Assembly (NCBI RefSeq): GCF_009914755.1
Contig: NC_060935.1
Source of the DNA: the human T2T-CHM13v2.0 reference genome, Homo sapiens
Length of the DNA: 64,000 nucleotides
Reading direction: 5' to 3' (one strand)
The translations under genes and the position numbers were made by a program. Positions 12,941 through 25,520 of this stretch are shown one piece after another (within the stretch, counting starts at the first letter, position 1; the number at the start of each line of letters is the position of its first letter). The notes under the pieces were generated by a model. The model had not been told where the DNA came from. It saw nothing but the letters and a program-made list of their open reading frames with translations, and did not search any database.

Positions 12941-14339
12941 AAGAGGGTCTTAGTTGAGTAGCATAACAACCTTGTGAGGTAGAAATTATCAGGTGGAGAA
13001 TGAAGTTCAGAGAGGTTAGGTAACCAGCCCAAGGAGGCATAGCCAGAGAGGCGCCTCTGGGAGAATATACCCCTGGCTTCTTAGGAGGCCTTTGGTCACC
13101 CAGCCTTCAAGGAACTCTGCTTCTAGCTTTTGGTTGGACAATTCCCTGGGGACTAGCTGGACTCTGGGATTCCTTGCCCAGTTATGGTCTGGTTCAGATA
13201 CCTGGGTGTTTCCTGGAGATCTCAGCATGCCTGTGTGTGCCAGGCCTACCCTGCCCAGCCTCTGCAGGGTCAGGGAGAAAGAGCATCCTTTAGGAATCTG
13301 ATGACTTACGTGCCTCACACCAACTATTCTTCCTTTGCTGGATTTGAAGTCTGAGATATGGGCCTCATTTTTATTATCTTATTCCTTTGTGTTAATCAAT
13401 GCCTGCACAATTATGCAGTTGGCATGGATGCTAGTTTTATTGTCTTGAACACAAAAGCAGCTTTGAAAATGTGGTATTTCTAGGGAGCGGCTGGGGGTGA
13501 GCCTCTCACTGGAGAAGGCAAACTTTAGCCAATCATTTCCCCCTCCAATGGGAACAGAAGCAGGTGGATTAAACTGCTCCATTAGGCGATCTTTTGTTTC
13601 TAATAGAATAATCATCAACAACCCTTGATGGTTGAAGGTCAGGGAAGGGAGCTAGACCTGGCTGAGCATTTGCTGTGTGCTCAGCTCTGTGTTGGAGCTT
13701 CTTTCACATCAAGTTCAGTTGTCTCTATCACTCTGTGTTTATGTCTTAGACCCATTTTTCAAATGAGTAAGATGAGATAGAGAAGTTGACTGATTTGATC
13801 TAGGTCACATGGCTGGTAAATGATAGCTCCAGGTTTTGAGCTCAAGTCTGTTCAGTTCTGGAGTCCATACCTTACTATCACCCATGTGCCTAGGTCTATG
13901 TGCTTTACGGGAGACCGAAACAGTGGAAGGCATGTGCTTGCCTTCAGGTTCTGCTAAGAACCCAAGATGCTTCACTTACCGCACAACGGGTTTTAAGGCA
14001 CCTGCACCGTTAGTTCCTGACTTGATAACATGGGACTGAGACTTCCAGGGGAAATGGGGTAGGAGCTGGTTTCTGATTTCACATTTACTTAAAGGAGAGA
14101 AAGGATTTAGATATATGGGGAGAGGAAAGAGGGTTTTTCAAGGACAGAAAGCTATCATGGGATTCCAAGTAGGGGAAGGCGGGCTGAAAATAGTGTATAA
14201 GAGATTCATATCAGGACATGGAAAAGGATGAAGACTGGAGGCCTACCTGGAGACTGTTGGTAATCCTGGTACTGCTACTGATGATGGTAATGGGAGGCTG
14301 ATGGTGGTAGTTGTGATAGTGATAGTGATGGTGATGGTT

Positions 14340-14490
14340 AACGTGTATTGAATGCTTAATATTTGCCAGATACTAGTCTAAGAATTTTACAAGCATGAAC
14401 TTGTTTAATGCTCACAACAATCTTATAGGAAAGGTACTGTAATTAGCCCCATTTTTAGTTGAGGAAATGGAGGCATAGAGAGGCATAAGG
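14340..14490 (-). mobile_element. MIR preceded by (GRT)n low-complexity sequence (14280-14340)
   Basis: tattgaatgctt ... tttaatgctcacaacaatc ... cccattttt ... gaggaaatggaggc. Confidence 0.7.
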
Positions 14491-15379
14491 GTCTGAAATA
14501 GTGGTGGACTTTGAGGCTGGAGAATAACAAGCAGATGTAAGAGCCATTGAAGGAAGAACTAGGGCAGAATCTGGTGACCATGTCGAGAAAGGGATAAAGG
14601 AATAGGAGAGTCTACAATGAATTCAAGGTAACCTATTGATCTTTTATAGGAGCCAACTTCCTGGTGGTAGTTATTGGTGAAGTTATGACCTGACTAGGAA
14701 AGACAAGCTTTCAATTTACTAAATGCCTTTATTAAAATGGAAATGTGATATTTGAGAGGATGAATATGATGACCCATTGCCAGACATAGACATCTTAACA
14801 TGAGTGAGGTCATCAGCTTCAGTGCAAGGGGAATTGCTTAAGTGAAGGGACACTGGATGGGTTAGTTTTGAGAAGGCCTGTGCCAGCCAATTCCTTCCTT
14901 CAGGGTGTGCTATCCTAAACATAACCACCCAGGGTCTCTTTTCCTACAACCGCTTCCCCTTCCTTCCTATTCACCCTCAATCTGATGTAAAGCAGTTCAT
15001 GCTCAAGCATTCGTTGCCAACACTGGATTAAGATCTCCCTCCTTCCAGGTCATACATTGGCATTTTAACAGAGACTTTTAGAAACTTGGCTAATGAAGGT
15101 GGGGATGTGAGTGATCCTGGGGTTAGGAAGGGATGGGAAAAGTTCATGCATCCCTCCCCTAACTCCCAACAGACATACAATGGAAAGGGCTGGGGTCTCA
15201 ACTTAGGCTTCACACCAGCAGTGCCTGGACTCCAAGTTTCTAGACCCAGATTCCCAAAAAAGTCATGAAACACATTCTCTTAGCCAAGTATGCCATGGAG
15301 GGCTGGGTCAAGCCTATGAGCCTCCACTCAGGCTGGCAGTGAAAAGCAGCCCTGGGCCCTCCAGCCCACCTAGGTAGCA

Positions 15380-15605
15380 TGTAGTTATTACAAGCATGGA
15401 CTCTCCAGACAGCCAAGCTAGAGTTGGAGCCAAGCCTCAGATTTGTTTGCTGTGTGACCTTAAACAAGTCATTTCATTTCTCGACTCTTAGTTTTCTCAT
15501 TTGTAAATGAGGATAATAGTGTTGAGAGGAGTAAATCAGAGAAGGTCTGTAAGGTGCTGAGCCCAGGACATATCACATAGTAGGTACTCACTAAATATAA
15601 GCTGC
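15380..15605 (+). mobile_element. MIR
   Basis: tgctgtgtgaccttaaacaagtcattt ... agttttctcatttgtaaatgaggataatag ... atagtaggtactca. Confidence 0.78.
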
Positions 15606-17959
15606 AGTTGTCGTGCCAGGCCCACTGTGAACAACTCCAGAAGACATAAAGCTTCTCCATGGGCTTTGGGTGAAGCCTGGGACCAGGCAGCTAGGTGTTC
15701 CCAGTTGCAGGATGGCAGTGAGCTTAGCACGGGCCCCTGCTCACGCTCCCTGGCTCTCTCTGCCAGAAAAATGGGTGGTACTAGAGAGTCTGCATTTCCC
15801 TGCGAGCAGCTTTCTTCCCTTGGCATCCTAGGCAGGGCCTTTGTACAATTCCTTTTCAGCCCCCAAAGATCTATATCAGAGGTAATAGTAGTTCCAACTG
15901 ATACTTACAGAGCACCTACTATGTTCCAGGCACTGGATTCATTAATCCTCCCAATCTTTCTGTGAAATCAGCACTATTATTCACCCTGTTTTACATGGGA
16001 TGAAATGCAGGCACAGCAAGGCCTTGCTTAGAGCAAGTCACTTGCTAAGAATTATATAGCTAAATCAGAGCCACAACTTGAACTCCATTCTGAACCAAGG
16101 AGTTTGAAACCATTCCTCCTGCATGATGCATGAAATTTTAATAACCTGCCGACAGCCCAGGAGGTTTGCAGTTTCTCTGAGCCCAAGGGACCAGAGCCAT
16201 CTGGTGGGTGCTTTTTCAAGGGAGCTGGTGTGACTGTTTCAGGGTAAAATGCAGAGAAATAGCATCACTTTTTTTTTCCCCGTGGTAAAAATAACATGCA
16301 AGGATGGGAAGAACAAATGGAGGTTGGGAGGCTGACATTGCGGGGAGGAAGGAGCTAGAATGCTGGGGGCTGTCTACCTGGTGCCATGTGCTGCCATCTG
16401 CCCAGTATGGGGGCAACATCAGCCTGACCTGCCAGCACCTGCCTGGCTACCAGTATCAGCTTTCAGGAATAAAAAGATCTTTTTCAAAAAGCCTTTGTTC
16501 CCAAGGGAAGCTCAAGGGGCAGAGTGAGGTCCGTGGAGGGTTGTGACAGTTCAAAACATGCTGTCCATTTATAGTATGCAGCAGTGACCCTATATCTCAC
16601 CCTCTCTATAGCAACTAGCTCCAGACACAAACTGGGCATGGCTTTTGATCATGAAGCATGTTTTTACAAACAAAAAAATACTGAAAGTAGTTGGTGAGGC
16701 TGAGATTATGTTAATTTATGCAGTTTCCACTGCTGCTAGGATTAAAAATAGCTTTCTTTCAAGAAAACTAGAACTACGCACTGTCAGTATGCCTTCTAGG
16801 CCCTCTTGTTGGGCTCCAGGACTGGTGGGCCAGACACAGGACATGGATTATGAGATCCTCCTTGGCAGTCCCAGGTTCTGGAGCTTTGCTGAAGTGGAAG
16901 ATAAAGACACTTTATCTTCCAGTGGTAAGGACTCTTACAAAGTCTTTACTGCATGTTTCATAAAACTGGATATGCTGAGCTCTAATGAAAGCTGTTGTCA
17001 GCATTAAATACCCAGGGAAAGGCATGGAGGCCTTTAAAAAACTGCCACAATGCTCCTGCACTGAAGTGCTCACATTTTGCTCCATATGTGAGAGGGAGGG
17101 GAATTTGGCCAGTGTCATCCACCTCATAAAAGGCAAACCCAGGATTTAAACTCAGGTCTGGTGCCTCCAAAGCCCAGGAACTCATGACATCTCTTCCCCC
17201 AACTCTGCTGTTCTACATGTTGATTATGGCTACCTGTGGTGCTCATTTTAATCAGATTTCATCAATATAAACATTAGTGGTGGGGTCTTCCTTTAGAGTT
17301 AGTATAGCCACAACCACCTCCCCTAGGTTATGCAGGACACCTGGCAAACCTTTTCTGAGGGGCCCCTACCAGGGGAAAAAAAAACTTATTGCCAAACATT
17401 AATATGCCAGCCCCATTTTGGCGGGCCGGTCTCACACAATCTCATGAAAGAACTGTAGTGCCAGCCAGGAGGGGCAGTCCTCTTGCTCTCCTAGAATTGG
17501 CTGCTAGCCGTAGAGCCCAAGGCAACACCACTGGGGTAATTCCTGAAGATCCTTGGGACATCTGGTTGACACCATAAGTGGACAGAAGTTTAGAGACTGC
17601 TCTGAAGGGACAGCTGAGGACAGGGACTCCTGTGGTTCTGGGTCAGAGCAAGGAACAGCCTGGTCAATCCCAGCCACTGGAAAGAGACTTAGAGAATTTC
17701 AAAGAGAGCATGGAAACCAGAAAATATGAGTGAAAGGGAAGGGAGTGAATCTACATATTATACACCGTCTATATACCAGTTACAGTGCTATGCATCGTGG
17801 GGAGTTACAGGGTGCACAAGAAGGACAGAACCCATACTTTCACGGATCTTACAGCCTGGTTGGGAGAATAGGCATTATAATTACATCATGGCAGGGAGAA
17901 GGGATGGGGAAGAGGAGATGGGGAAAGGGCCCAGCTGTCAAATAGATAATTCCAAGGCA

Positions 17960-18240
17960 GAGTAATATGGTAGAAGGTGGTATAACCTGGCAATTGCAAT
18001 CACAGACTTGGGATCAAAGAGACTGGATCCAAGAACCATCCTTGCTCCTTTCCAGTTCCATGTCCCTATGCAAGGCATTTATTTATACTCTGAGCTCAGT
18101 TTCCTCATCTGAAAAATGGAGATAAGAGTTCTTACCCGACAGGGTGCTTGAGAGGGTTAAGTGAAATAGTGCATGGAAGGCACTTAGCAGGAGGTCTGAC
18201 ATGCATATCGTGCCCAGTGAATGGTGGCTATTACTAGTTA
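17960..18240 (+). mobile_element. MIR
   Basis: tctgagctcagtttcctcatctgaaaaatggagataa ... gcacttagca. Confidence 0.75.
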
Positions 18241-19434
18241 TTATCTGATTTCTGAGACCTGAGCAGATCCAACGCAGCTGATCCGAGTAGGGGAGCTGAG
18301 ATAAGTAGGTGCTCTGACAGCCCAAGCCATGGCTGATGGTGAAACCACTGACAATCTGACAGCAAAGGAAGAGGGGACCAAAAAATCTACTGTCTCAGCA
18401 GCTCTTAGAGCAATTAGTGGTGGTTATGATGTGAATTTCTGTTTGATGTCCTCGTCTTTTTGAGAAGATGTGAGTGTATAATGTACAACTTCATGAATGA
18501 AAAGGTAAAATAAAATTTTGAGTGCTTTGAACAGGAAGATTATCTGGAAAATTCACTGACTGGGGAGGCCTCCTTCCCTGACATGGCATGCAGAAAGAGC
18601 TGTCTTGGGCTTATGGAGAGGTTGACACCTCCAGAACCATCTGCTCTGCAGAGAGTTCCCTCAGGGGGCCAGTGACATGCCCCAGAGTCGGGTCCCTTTC
18701 CTCCCTCAGTGCCAGCTATGCTTTCCCTGCCACATGGCAACAGCCCAGGCAGGGCAGGGGCCTCTAGACACATGTCTGCTGAAGACCCAGCAGGAGCCTG
18801 TCAGCCTTGCCCAGGCTGGATTTCCAGTTCTGTAGATGTAGATCATAAATGTGGGTGACAGATGTGGGAGAGACACATCCAGGAGATGAAAAGATATCTC
18901 CATCTGCTTGGTTCTGGAGAAAATACGGAGACCATAAGTGGATGGTGGCTTTTCCTAATGGGGAACTGTGGCTGAGTTTTCCTGGGGCGAAGCAGTATTT
19001 ACAACCAACCCAGACCCCGCCCCCAGTATCCTGACACCAGGTTTGGCTGATCAAGTTGGTAGAGGGGGCTTGTTTGCTAGGGGATACTGGGGAGAATGGT
19101 TCCTGGCCATTGTGAGGAGAGCTCAGTCTCTGTCCTGTAAAGGAAACCACACAGGTTTTAGTGTTTGGGCTTTGTGAAGGCTCTTTAAAGGTGTTTTAAT
19201 GACAGCAGAGATGAAAGGTAAGGCTTCTGCTGCTCTGATGTGTGACTGTCTGTCCAAGCTGCCCACAGCAGTGCAGAGTTGTGTGCTGGAGCTCAGAACC
19301 TCCCTTGGAGCTCAGTAAATTAGCTTCTGTCCCCTGGTTCACGTATTGGTACCTGCTGGGAGAAGAGGCAGAAGCTGGAGAAAACACACAACTAATATTA
19401 GATGGAAAAATGGAATTAGAAACATATACAAATC

Positions 19435-19650
19435 ACTAGCCTGGGCAACATGGTGAAACGCCATCACTACAAAAAATACAAAAATTAGCTGGGCGTAGTG
19501 GCACACGCCTGTGGTCTCAGCTACTCAGCAGGCTAAGGTGGGAGGATCACTTGAGCCCAGGGAGTTTGAGGCTGCAGTGAACCACGATTGTGCCACTGGG
19601 CTTCAGTCTGGGTGACAGAGTGAGACCCTCTGTCAAAAAAAGAAAAGAAG
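19435..19650 (+). mobile_element. 5'-truncated AluJ
   Basis: End of left arm, linker and right arm with J-type ggaggatcacttgagcccaggg...gaggctgcagtga. A-rich tail. Confidence 0.88.
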
Positions 19651-19989
19651 ATACATAGACAACTCTTACACACTTCCCTTGTAATCCTCCCAACTTGGTC
19701 AGTAAAATTTAAAATCATTTATTGAACATTCATATATACTAGATTCTGTGTTACTCTCTTCATATTCTCAGTTAATCATCGTAGCAACCTAGAGCATTCT
19801 CATTTTATTTGCATTTTAATGATGAGAAATGAGTAAAGAGAGGGCTAGATGCCCAAGGTCACACAGGAAATGACAGAGCAGAGATGTAAACTCAGGTCTG
19901 TCCCCCTTAATTGTTACTTCAGAGGTCACGCTGGGGACCCTGAATCCCCCTGTTTTCAGGGTCAGTAGCGAATTTTTAAGCTGAGGGGT

Positions 19990-20178
19990 GTAGCTGCTGG
20001 CCCTCAGACTGAATCAGGTCTGTGGAGACATTTGCTTATCTGGCACATTGGTTTAGAAAATTTTTAAAAATGATTTTAGAGAGTGTTCTCTGTTAGCCAC
20101 AGTATCCACCATGCTCATATGTCTTATACCTGGTCAGCTTCTTGGCCCCTATGGGAATTTGAGTTTATAATCCCTAGC
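19990..20178. mobile_element. MER102-like hAT-Charlie fragment
   Basis: gctggccctcagactgaatc ... ggcccctatgggaatttgagtttataatcccta resembles MER102. Confidence 0.45.
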
Positions 20179-20732
20179 TAAACCTCTCTTTTGCTGGAGT
20201 CAGTGATGGAAACAGAGGAGACTGGTAGTGTCCTAAGGAAAAAATGCTTTATTTTGCCCTCTGAAGAAGGAAGCAGCGGCTGGCAGCTCCAGACTTCGGC
20301 CAAGCTGGATGGAGGAACTTCTAAGAGGGCCCTGGTGTTTGCTTTTAGGCTCAGAACCCAGCTTTCATGAATTTAAATTTCACAGTAGATCTGAAGAGGA
20401 CAGTGGAGGGGAAACTGTATTATCCTCTCCTTGGAGAGGGAAAGGAAGGTTCTCCCTGTTTATTCGTACTCCGAGCAGGCTCCCCCTGGAGGGCAGCCAC
20501 TGGGAGCTTGATGGGGAATCCTTTGTACTGCGCACTTTGGAGGCATCTACTAGAAACAAAGTACCCTGTGACATGCTGGAAGGGATCTCCGGACAGTAAA
20601 ACATACAAGGAACAGACCCAGGGCAAACTGTACTTATTCATGATGGGCCCTGAAGTGTGAAGGGGTTTATTCAAAAGAAGTAGGTAGGTGGCATTCCAGG
20701 TAAAGGGGACATTGTGGGCAAAGACATGGGGA

Positions 20733-21044
20733 TGAAACCTGTGCTGTGTCAACTCAGGGTTAAATGGATTAAGGGCAGTGCAAGACGTGCTTTGTTAAAC
20801 AGATGCTTGAAGGCAGCATGCTCCTTAAGAGTCATCACCACTCCCTAATCTCAAGTACCCAGGGACACAAACACTGCCGAAGGCCACAGGGACCTCTGCC
20901 TAGGAAAACAGAGACCTTTGTTCACGTGTTTATCTGCTGACCTTCTCTCCACTATTATCCTGTGACCCTGCCACATCCCCCTCTCTGAGAAACACCCAAG
21001 AATGATCAATAAATACTAAAAAAAAATAAAACTAAAAATAAAAA
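20733..21044 (+). mobile_element. 5'-truncated SVA (SINE-R part only, older SVA_A/B-like)
   Basis: HERV-K LTR-derived ctcagggttaaatggattaagggc ... agagtcatcaccactccctaatctcaagtacccagggacacaaac ... aagaatgatcaataaatact followed by an A-rich tail. Inserted in an L2 fragment. Confidence 0.9.
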
Positions 21045-21154
21045 GAACACAGGAGACATATTCAGGCAAGGAGATTTACTGGTATTTTGCAGAGGGGAAG
21101 AGTACAATGGGGGAATTGAACTAGAAACAATACTTCCTTTGGTAGCCCAGTCAG

Positions 21155-21400
21155 CAATAATAGCAAACATTTATTGAGTGCTTACTGTATCTCGGGCATG
21201 TTATCAGCATGTGACATATATTGTTTTCTCCAGTCCTCACAAAAAGCCTATAAGGTAGACACTATTACTATTGTTATCATCTACATTTGCAGATGAGGAA
21301 GCTGATGCAAAGAGCTCACAGCCACATTCCAGATCACCCAGCTAGTAACCCAGGTATTATGGTCTTAGAGCCCAAGAGCCCACACTCCTAACCTCTTCTT
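21155..21400 (-). mobile_element. MIR
   Basis: aacatttattgagtgcttact ... tcctcacaa ... cagatgaggaagctga. Confidence 0.75.
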
Positions 21401-21583
21401 CCTGCTGCTTCCAATAGCAGCCAACAGTCTGGGTGACTTATCAGTAGAAGGGATGTGAGATTGTAGCAAGAGATCAAGTGAGAGGAGTTTAGATCCTGCA
21501 ATGGCACCATTTTCAAAGATGGGAATGTAACCTTTTCTGACATCAAGGCTGTCTCCTAAATGGCCTTAGCCTCCCCCTTACAG

Positions 21584-22127
21584 ATTTTATTTTTTAATTT
21601 TTAATTGTATAAATTTAAGATGTACAATCTGTTTTCATATACTTGTACATAGTGAAATGATTACTACAGGGAAGCAATTTCATATGTCCATCATCTCATA
21701 TAAGTATCTTTGTGTGTGTGGTAAGAGTACTTAAAACCTACTCTCTTAGAAAATTTTCAGCATACAATATAATATTAACTATAGTCCTCATGCTGCACTT
21801 TAGATCTCTAGATTTATTTATCCCACAGAACTTCAACTTTGTCCCCTTTGATCTATATCTCCCCATTCTTTCCCCCACTTCCCTCCCCCACTTCAGGTAA
21901 CAACTGTTCTGCTCTCTGCTTCTATGAGCCTGGCTTTCTTTCTTTCTTTTTTTTTTTTTTTTTTTAAAGATTCCACATATAAGAGAGATCATGCGGTATT
22001 TTTCTTTCTGTGTCTGGGCTTATTTCACTTAGCCTAATGTCCTGCAGTTTCATCCATGTTGATGCAAATGGCATGATTTCCTTCTTTGTAAAAGTTGAAT
22101 AATATTTCATTGTGTATGTATGTATCA

Positions 22128-22164
<37 letters not shown>

Positions 22165-22570
22165 CACAATTTATTTATCCATTTATCCATTGATAGACAT
22201 TTATGTTGTTTCCATATCTTAGCAATTGCAAATAATGCTGCAACAAATAGGGGAGTGCAGATATGTCTATGAGGTGCTGACTTCATTCCCTTTGGGTATA
22301 TACCCAGAAGGGGGATTGCTGGGTCATACGGCATTTCCACTTTTAATTTCTTGAGGAACCTCCATGCTATTTTTCATAATGCCTGCTTTCCCAAAAACAG
22401 TGTTCAGGGGTTACCTTTTCTCCACATCCTTGCCAACACTTGTTATCTTTTGACTTTTTTTGGATGATAGCCATCCTAACAGGTGTAAGGTAATATCTGC
22501 ATCTCACTATAGTTTTCATTTGCCTTTTCCTGATGATTAGTGATGTTGAGCACCTTGTCATACACCTGTT
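21584..22570 (-). mobile_element. L1MA-type 3' end (L1MA8/9-like) with internal (TA)n
   Basis: Antisense L1 3'UTR plus decayed ORF2 C-terminus (ORF track: KEIMPFASTWMKLQDIRLSEIS; YYLTPVRMAII..DNKCWQGCGEK). Confidence 0.88.
22138..22164. repeat. (TA)n microsatellite
   Basis: About 13 TA units preceded by a short (TG)n run. Confidence 0.95.
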
Positions 22571-22629
22571 CTCCCCTTCACCCCTCCAAAGCCCCTTATA
22601 CTCCAGCCCAACCAAACATTTTTGGAAGA

Positions 22630-22860
22630 CCATGGACTCAGCAGTCATCGGGACTTGGGGTCAAATACTGGCTCTACCACTTCCTACCTCCTGTAACTTT
22701 GGGCTAGTTACTTAACCTCTTTCAGTCTCAATTTCCTCATCTGTAAAACAAGGGTGATAAAAGTACTTGCCTCATACATTCTTTGTGAGAATTAAAGAAG
22801 ACAAGTGCAAGGCACTTAACACAGAGTCTGGCACATAGTTAGTGCCCAATAAACAGCTAC
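22630..22860 (+). mobile_element. MIR
   Basis: gttacttaacctctttcagtctcaatttcctcatctgtaaaa ... tggcacatagttagtgcccaataaa. Confidence 0.8.
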
Positions 22861-23318
22861 TTTAAGGCCAGAATAAATTTCACACATGGTCATCATCTAG
22901 CTCTGGGATTGGCAAGGGTGTGGGTGTGGTTTGCAAGGAAGACTCATGGACTGCCTGCTACCCACTACGTGAGGCGCTCCAGGTAAGAGCTGGTGGCTGG
23001 CAGTTCATGCCTCCTTGTTCTGCTTGGTGCCTATGTGGATGAGGCACTGGTTCCAGGGAGGTTACAGGGCTGGTTCCCCTGTACCAGGGCACAGCCTGGT
23101 ATCAGCTCTGCCCATCTCTAGATAGTGGGAGCAGGAATCCTTCAGTCCTGATGCACAGATGGGCAGGAAATCTAAAAGCCACCTCTGCCCTTGTCCAAGC
23201 CAGTCCACATGTGGATTAGAAGCTGCAGCTCTGCACTGCTGTACCTGGAAGGCACAGACAGGCAGACAGGCCCATGTTCCTGTCCACTTTGGTGGCTGTC
23301 CTGGCAAGCTGTGGCTAC

Positions 23319-23337
23319 TATTGCCACCTGGTGGCGT
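23319..23337 (-). promoter_or_regulatory. Candidate CTCF site
   Basis: Minus strand reads ACGCCACCAGGTGGCAATA, a close match to the CTCF core CCASYAGRKGGCR. Confidence 0.6.
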
Positions 23338-24310
23338 TTCACAGCAACACATGCATGGAGACTTCTGTAGTGTCTTATTAAAGATGTCAGAGTTTGTAGC
23401 ATCCTGGGAATTGAAGGTCCACTTCTACCTGCTCACAGTGCGGAAGGCAAAACCAAGATTAGAGAAGGAAGAACAGTGGGGTTTAGGAGAAAGAGCACTG
23501 TGAGAGTTGTGTAGCCTTGGTTCAAATTCTACTCCCCTATTTGGGATTTTGGACAAATGACAACCTATGTGAACTTGTTTCTTATCTAAAATGTGGTGGA
23601 GATCCTCAACATTTACTCATAAGGCCACTGTGAGGCTCCTATGAAGGGCTTTATAAACTGCAAAGGACCCTACAGGTGGAGAGGTGGTGGTTATAGCTGT
23701 TGCAGCTCCAAAGTGAGGCCAGTACTTCTGAACTTGGGAGTCAGGGGTCTGGCCTAGCATAACCAACCACTACCCAAGCCTAGCAACAAGACAGATGGCA
23801 GAAGGAATGGATATGAGCTACTCCCTCTTTGCTGGCCCAGGATATCTCCAGGGTGGGTGAAGCACTGGGGTCTTCCACCCGTGCTGTGAGTTCCTGGTGC
23901 TTTCTCCCTCCTGGGTCTTGCCTGCAGTCTGCTCACACAAGTGTAGCTTCAGGTGGGAATGCCTAGTGCCTGCAGTTGTCAGTTCTAGGCATGAGGAGCT
24001 TGTGTCTGGGTTTCCCCAAAGGACAACATTCTGGGTCTCAATGAAGGACAAGATGCAGAATTCCAAGGCGAGGCCACAAAAAAGTGCTGGGCTTAGCCTA
24101 GAGCTACCTCTCCAGCCCCAGGAATGTGACGGTATCTGGACCTGGACACAAAGCATTAGCTCATCCCTTCTGATGATAGACAAAGAGCCTAGTGCTCAGA
24201 GTTGGGCAGTCATCCCGGCAGCTTCTCACTGTCCTGCCCAGGCAGCTGTCTGGACTGGTCCAGCCCAAAGAGCCTGGAGTGTCTACTTACCCCACTGGCA
24301 TGGAAGGTTT

Positions 24311-24327
24311 GGGTCAGGCCAGGGTCA
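24311..24327 (+). promoter_or_regulatory. Candidate DR5 retinoic acid response element
   Basis: GGGTCA-GGCCA-GGGTCA, an exact RGKTCA-N5-RGKTCA match in apparently unique sequence. Confidence 0.45.
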
Positions 24328-24429
24328 TCCCAATCCTCAGGCCCTAATGCTAAGCCCATCTCACAGGTACTCGGAGGAGGAGTCCTATTTGGGTTGTAGT
24401 ATGCTTCCCCTCCACTGGCCTCAGATACA

Positions 24430-24630
24430 GTTGGTTTACTGAGCACCTAATATGTGTTAGATAAGGTACAAGATGTTTTCACAGAGATTATCTCATCTCT
24501 TCCTCAAAGAAGCCCTGGAAGTGTGGTGTGATTGTTCCCATATTACAGATGAAGAAACTGAGGCTTACAGAGGTTCAGTCACTTAGTGAAGTGGGAGCTT
24601 GGTTTTAAACCCATACTTCTGCCTCTAGGG
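24430..24630 (-). mobile_element. MIR
   Basis: tttactgagcacctaatatgtg ... ttacagatgaagaaactgaggcttacagaggtt. Confidence 0.78.
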
Positions 24631-24999
24631 CTTGCCTTTGTGTAGTTTAAGAGTGAAAGACTTTCCAGAAAGAGACCTGGAGTGAAGGCCTATCCTAGGG
24701 ATGAGTTGCAGGCCTTCACTGTGCAGAATAGAGGATGCCAATGGCACACTTTGCCAGAGACCCATTGAAACACTCCCCAGTGCCAGCTGTTGGCTGTCAC
24801 TCCTTCCATCTCCCTGTCCTAAATACCTCCAGAAGGTTTAGTTCTGACACCACTCATGTGGGGCCCATTTAGAGAGACAGTGAGTTAGGGAACATGGCTG
24901 AGGATGGAGGAAGGAGCACCACTAATTGTGGTAAACCCATAATTAGTTCTCTGCTTATGGCTTCAATCAGTACTTTTAATTTAAAAGGTAATATCTGTG

Positions 25000-25520
25000 G
25001 ATTTTTTTTTTTAAAGATTTGTGACATGGGTATAAAAGGAATAGAAAACACTCATGTTTTCTCCAACCAACCTCACCCCACTGTCTCAGAAATCACCTCT
25101 ATGAACAGTTTCTTGTGCATCATTCCAGAAAATTTGTACAAAAACAAGTATATTCAAATACATCTATCCTTTCTTTACTCCAGTTGGAATTTCACCATCC
25201 TCACCATCCTACAGAGGTCTTCTTTCATGCATCATCATCTCTTAGGCATCTCCTGACATAGATGTCAAATGCCTTCTCTTAACTCTGCACTGTAGACTAT
25301 TATATGGCCATTGTCCTCCTGGTAGGCATTTTGGTTATCCTGATTTTTTGCCGTCATGAACAATGTGCTGATTACACCTCTATTTTTGCACAGTTTCCCA
25401 TATAGGACTGTAAGATAGGTGGACTCCTGAAAGCATAATTATTGGATCAAAGTACATGCTTTTTAGATTTTACTAAATATTCCCTATCGCTCTCTAGCAG
25501 GGTTGTACTGTCACCAGCAC
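25000..25520 (-). mobile_element. Old L1 (L1ME-like) fragment
   Basis: aacagtttcttgtgcatcattccagaaa ... taggcattttggttat ... gaacaatgtgctg ... aattattggatcaaag. Confidence 0.55.

Noticed and set aside
20733-21044. HERV-K (LTR5) solo LTR
   Set aside because: The sequence ends at the poly(A) signal with an A tail, lacks U5 and TG...CA termini, and has the shortened LTR structure of SVA SINE-R.
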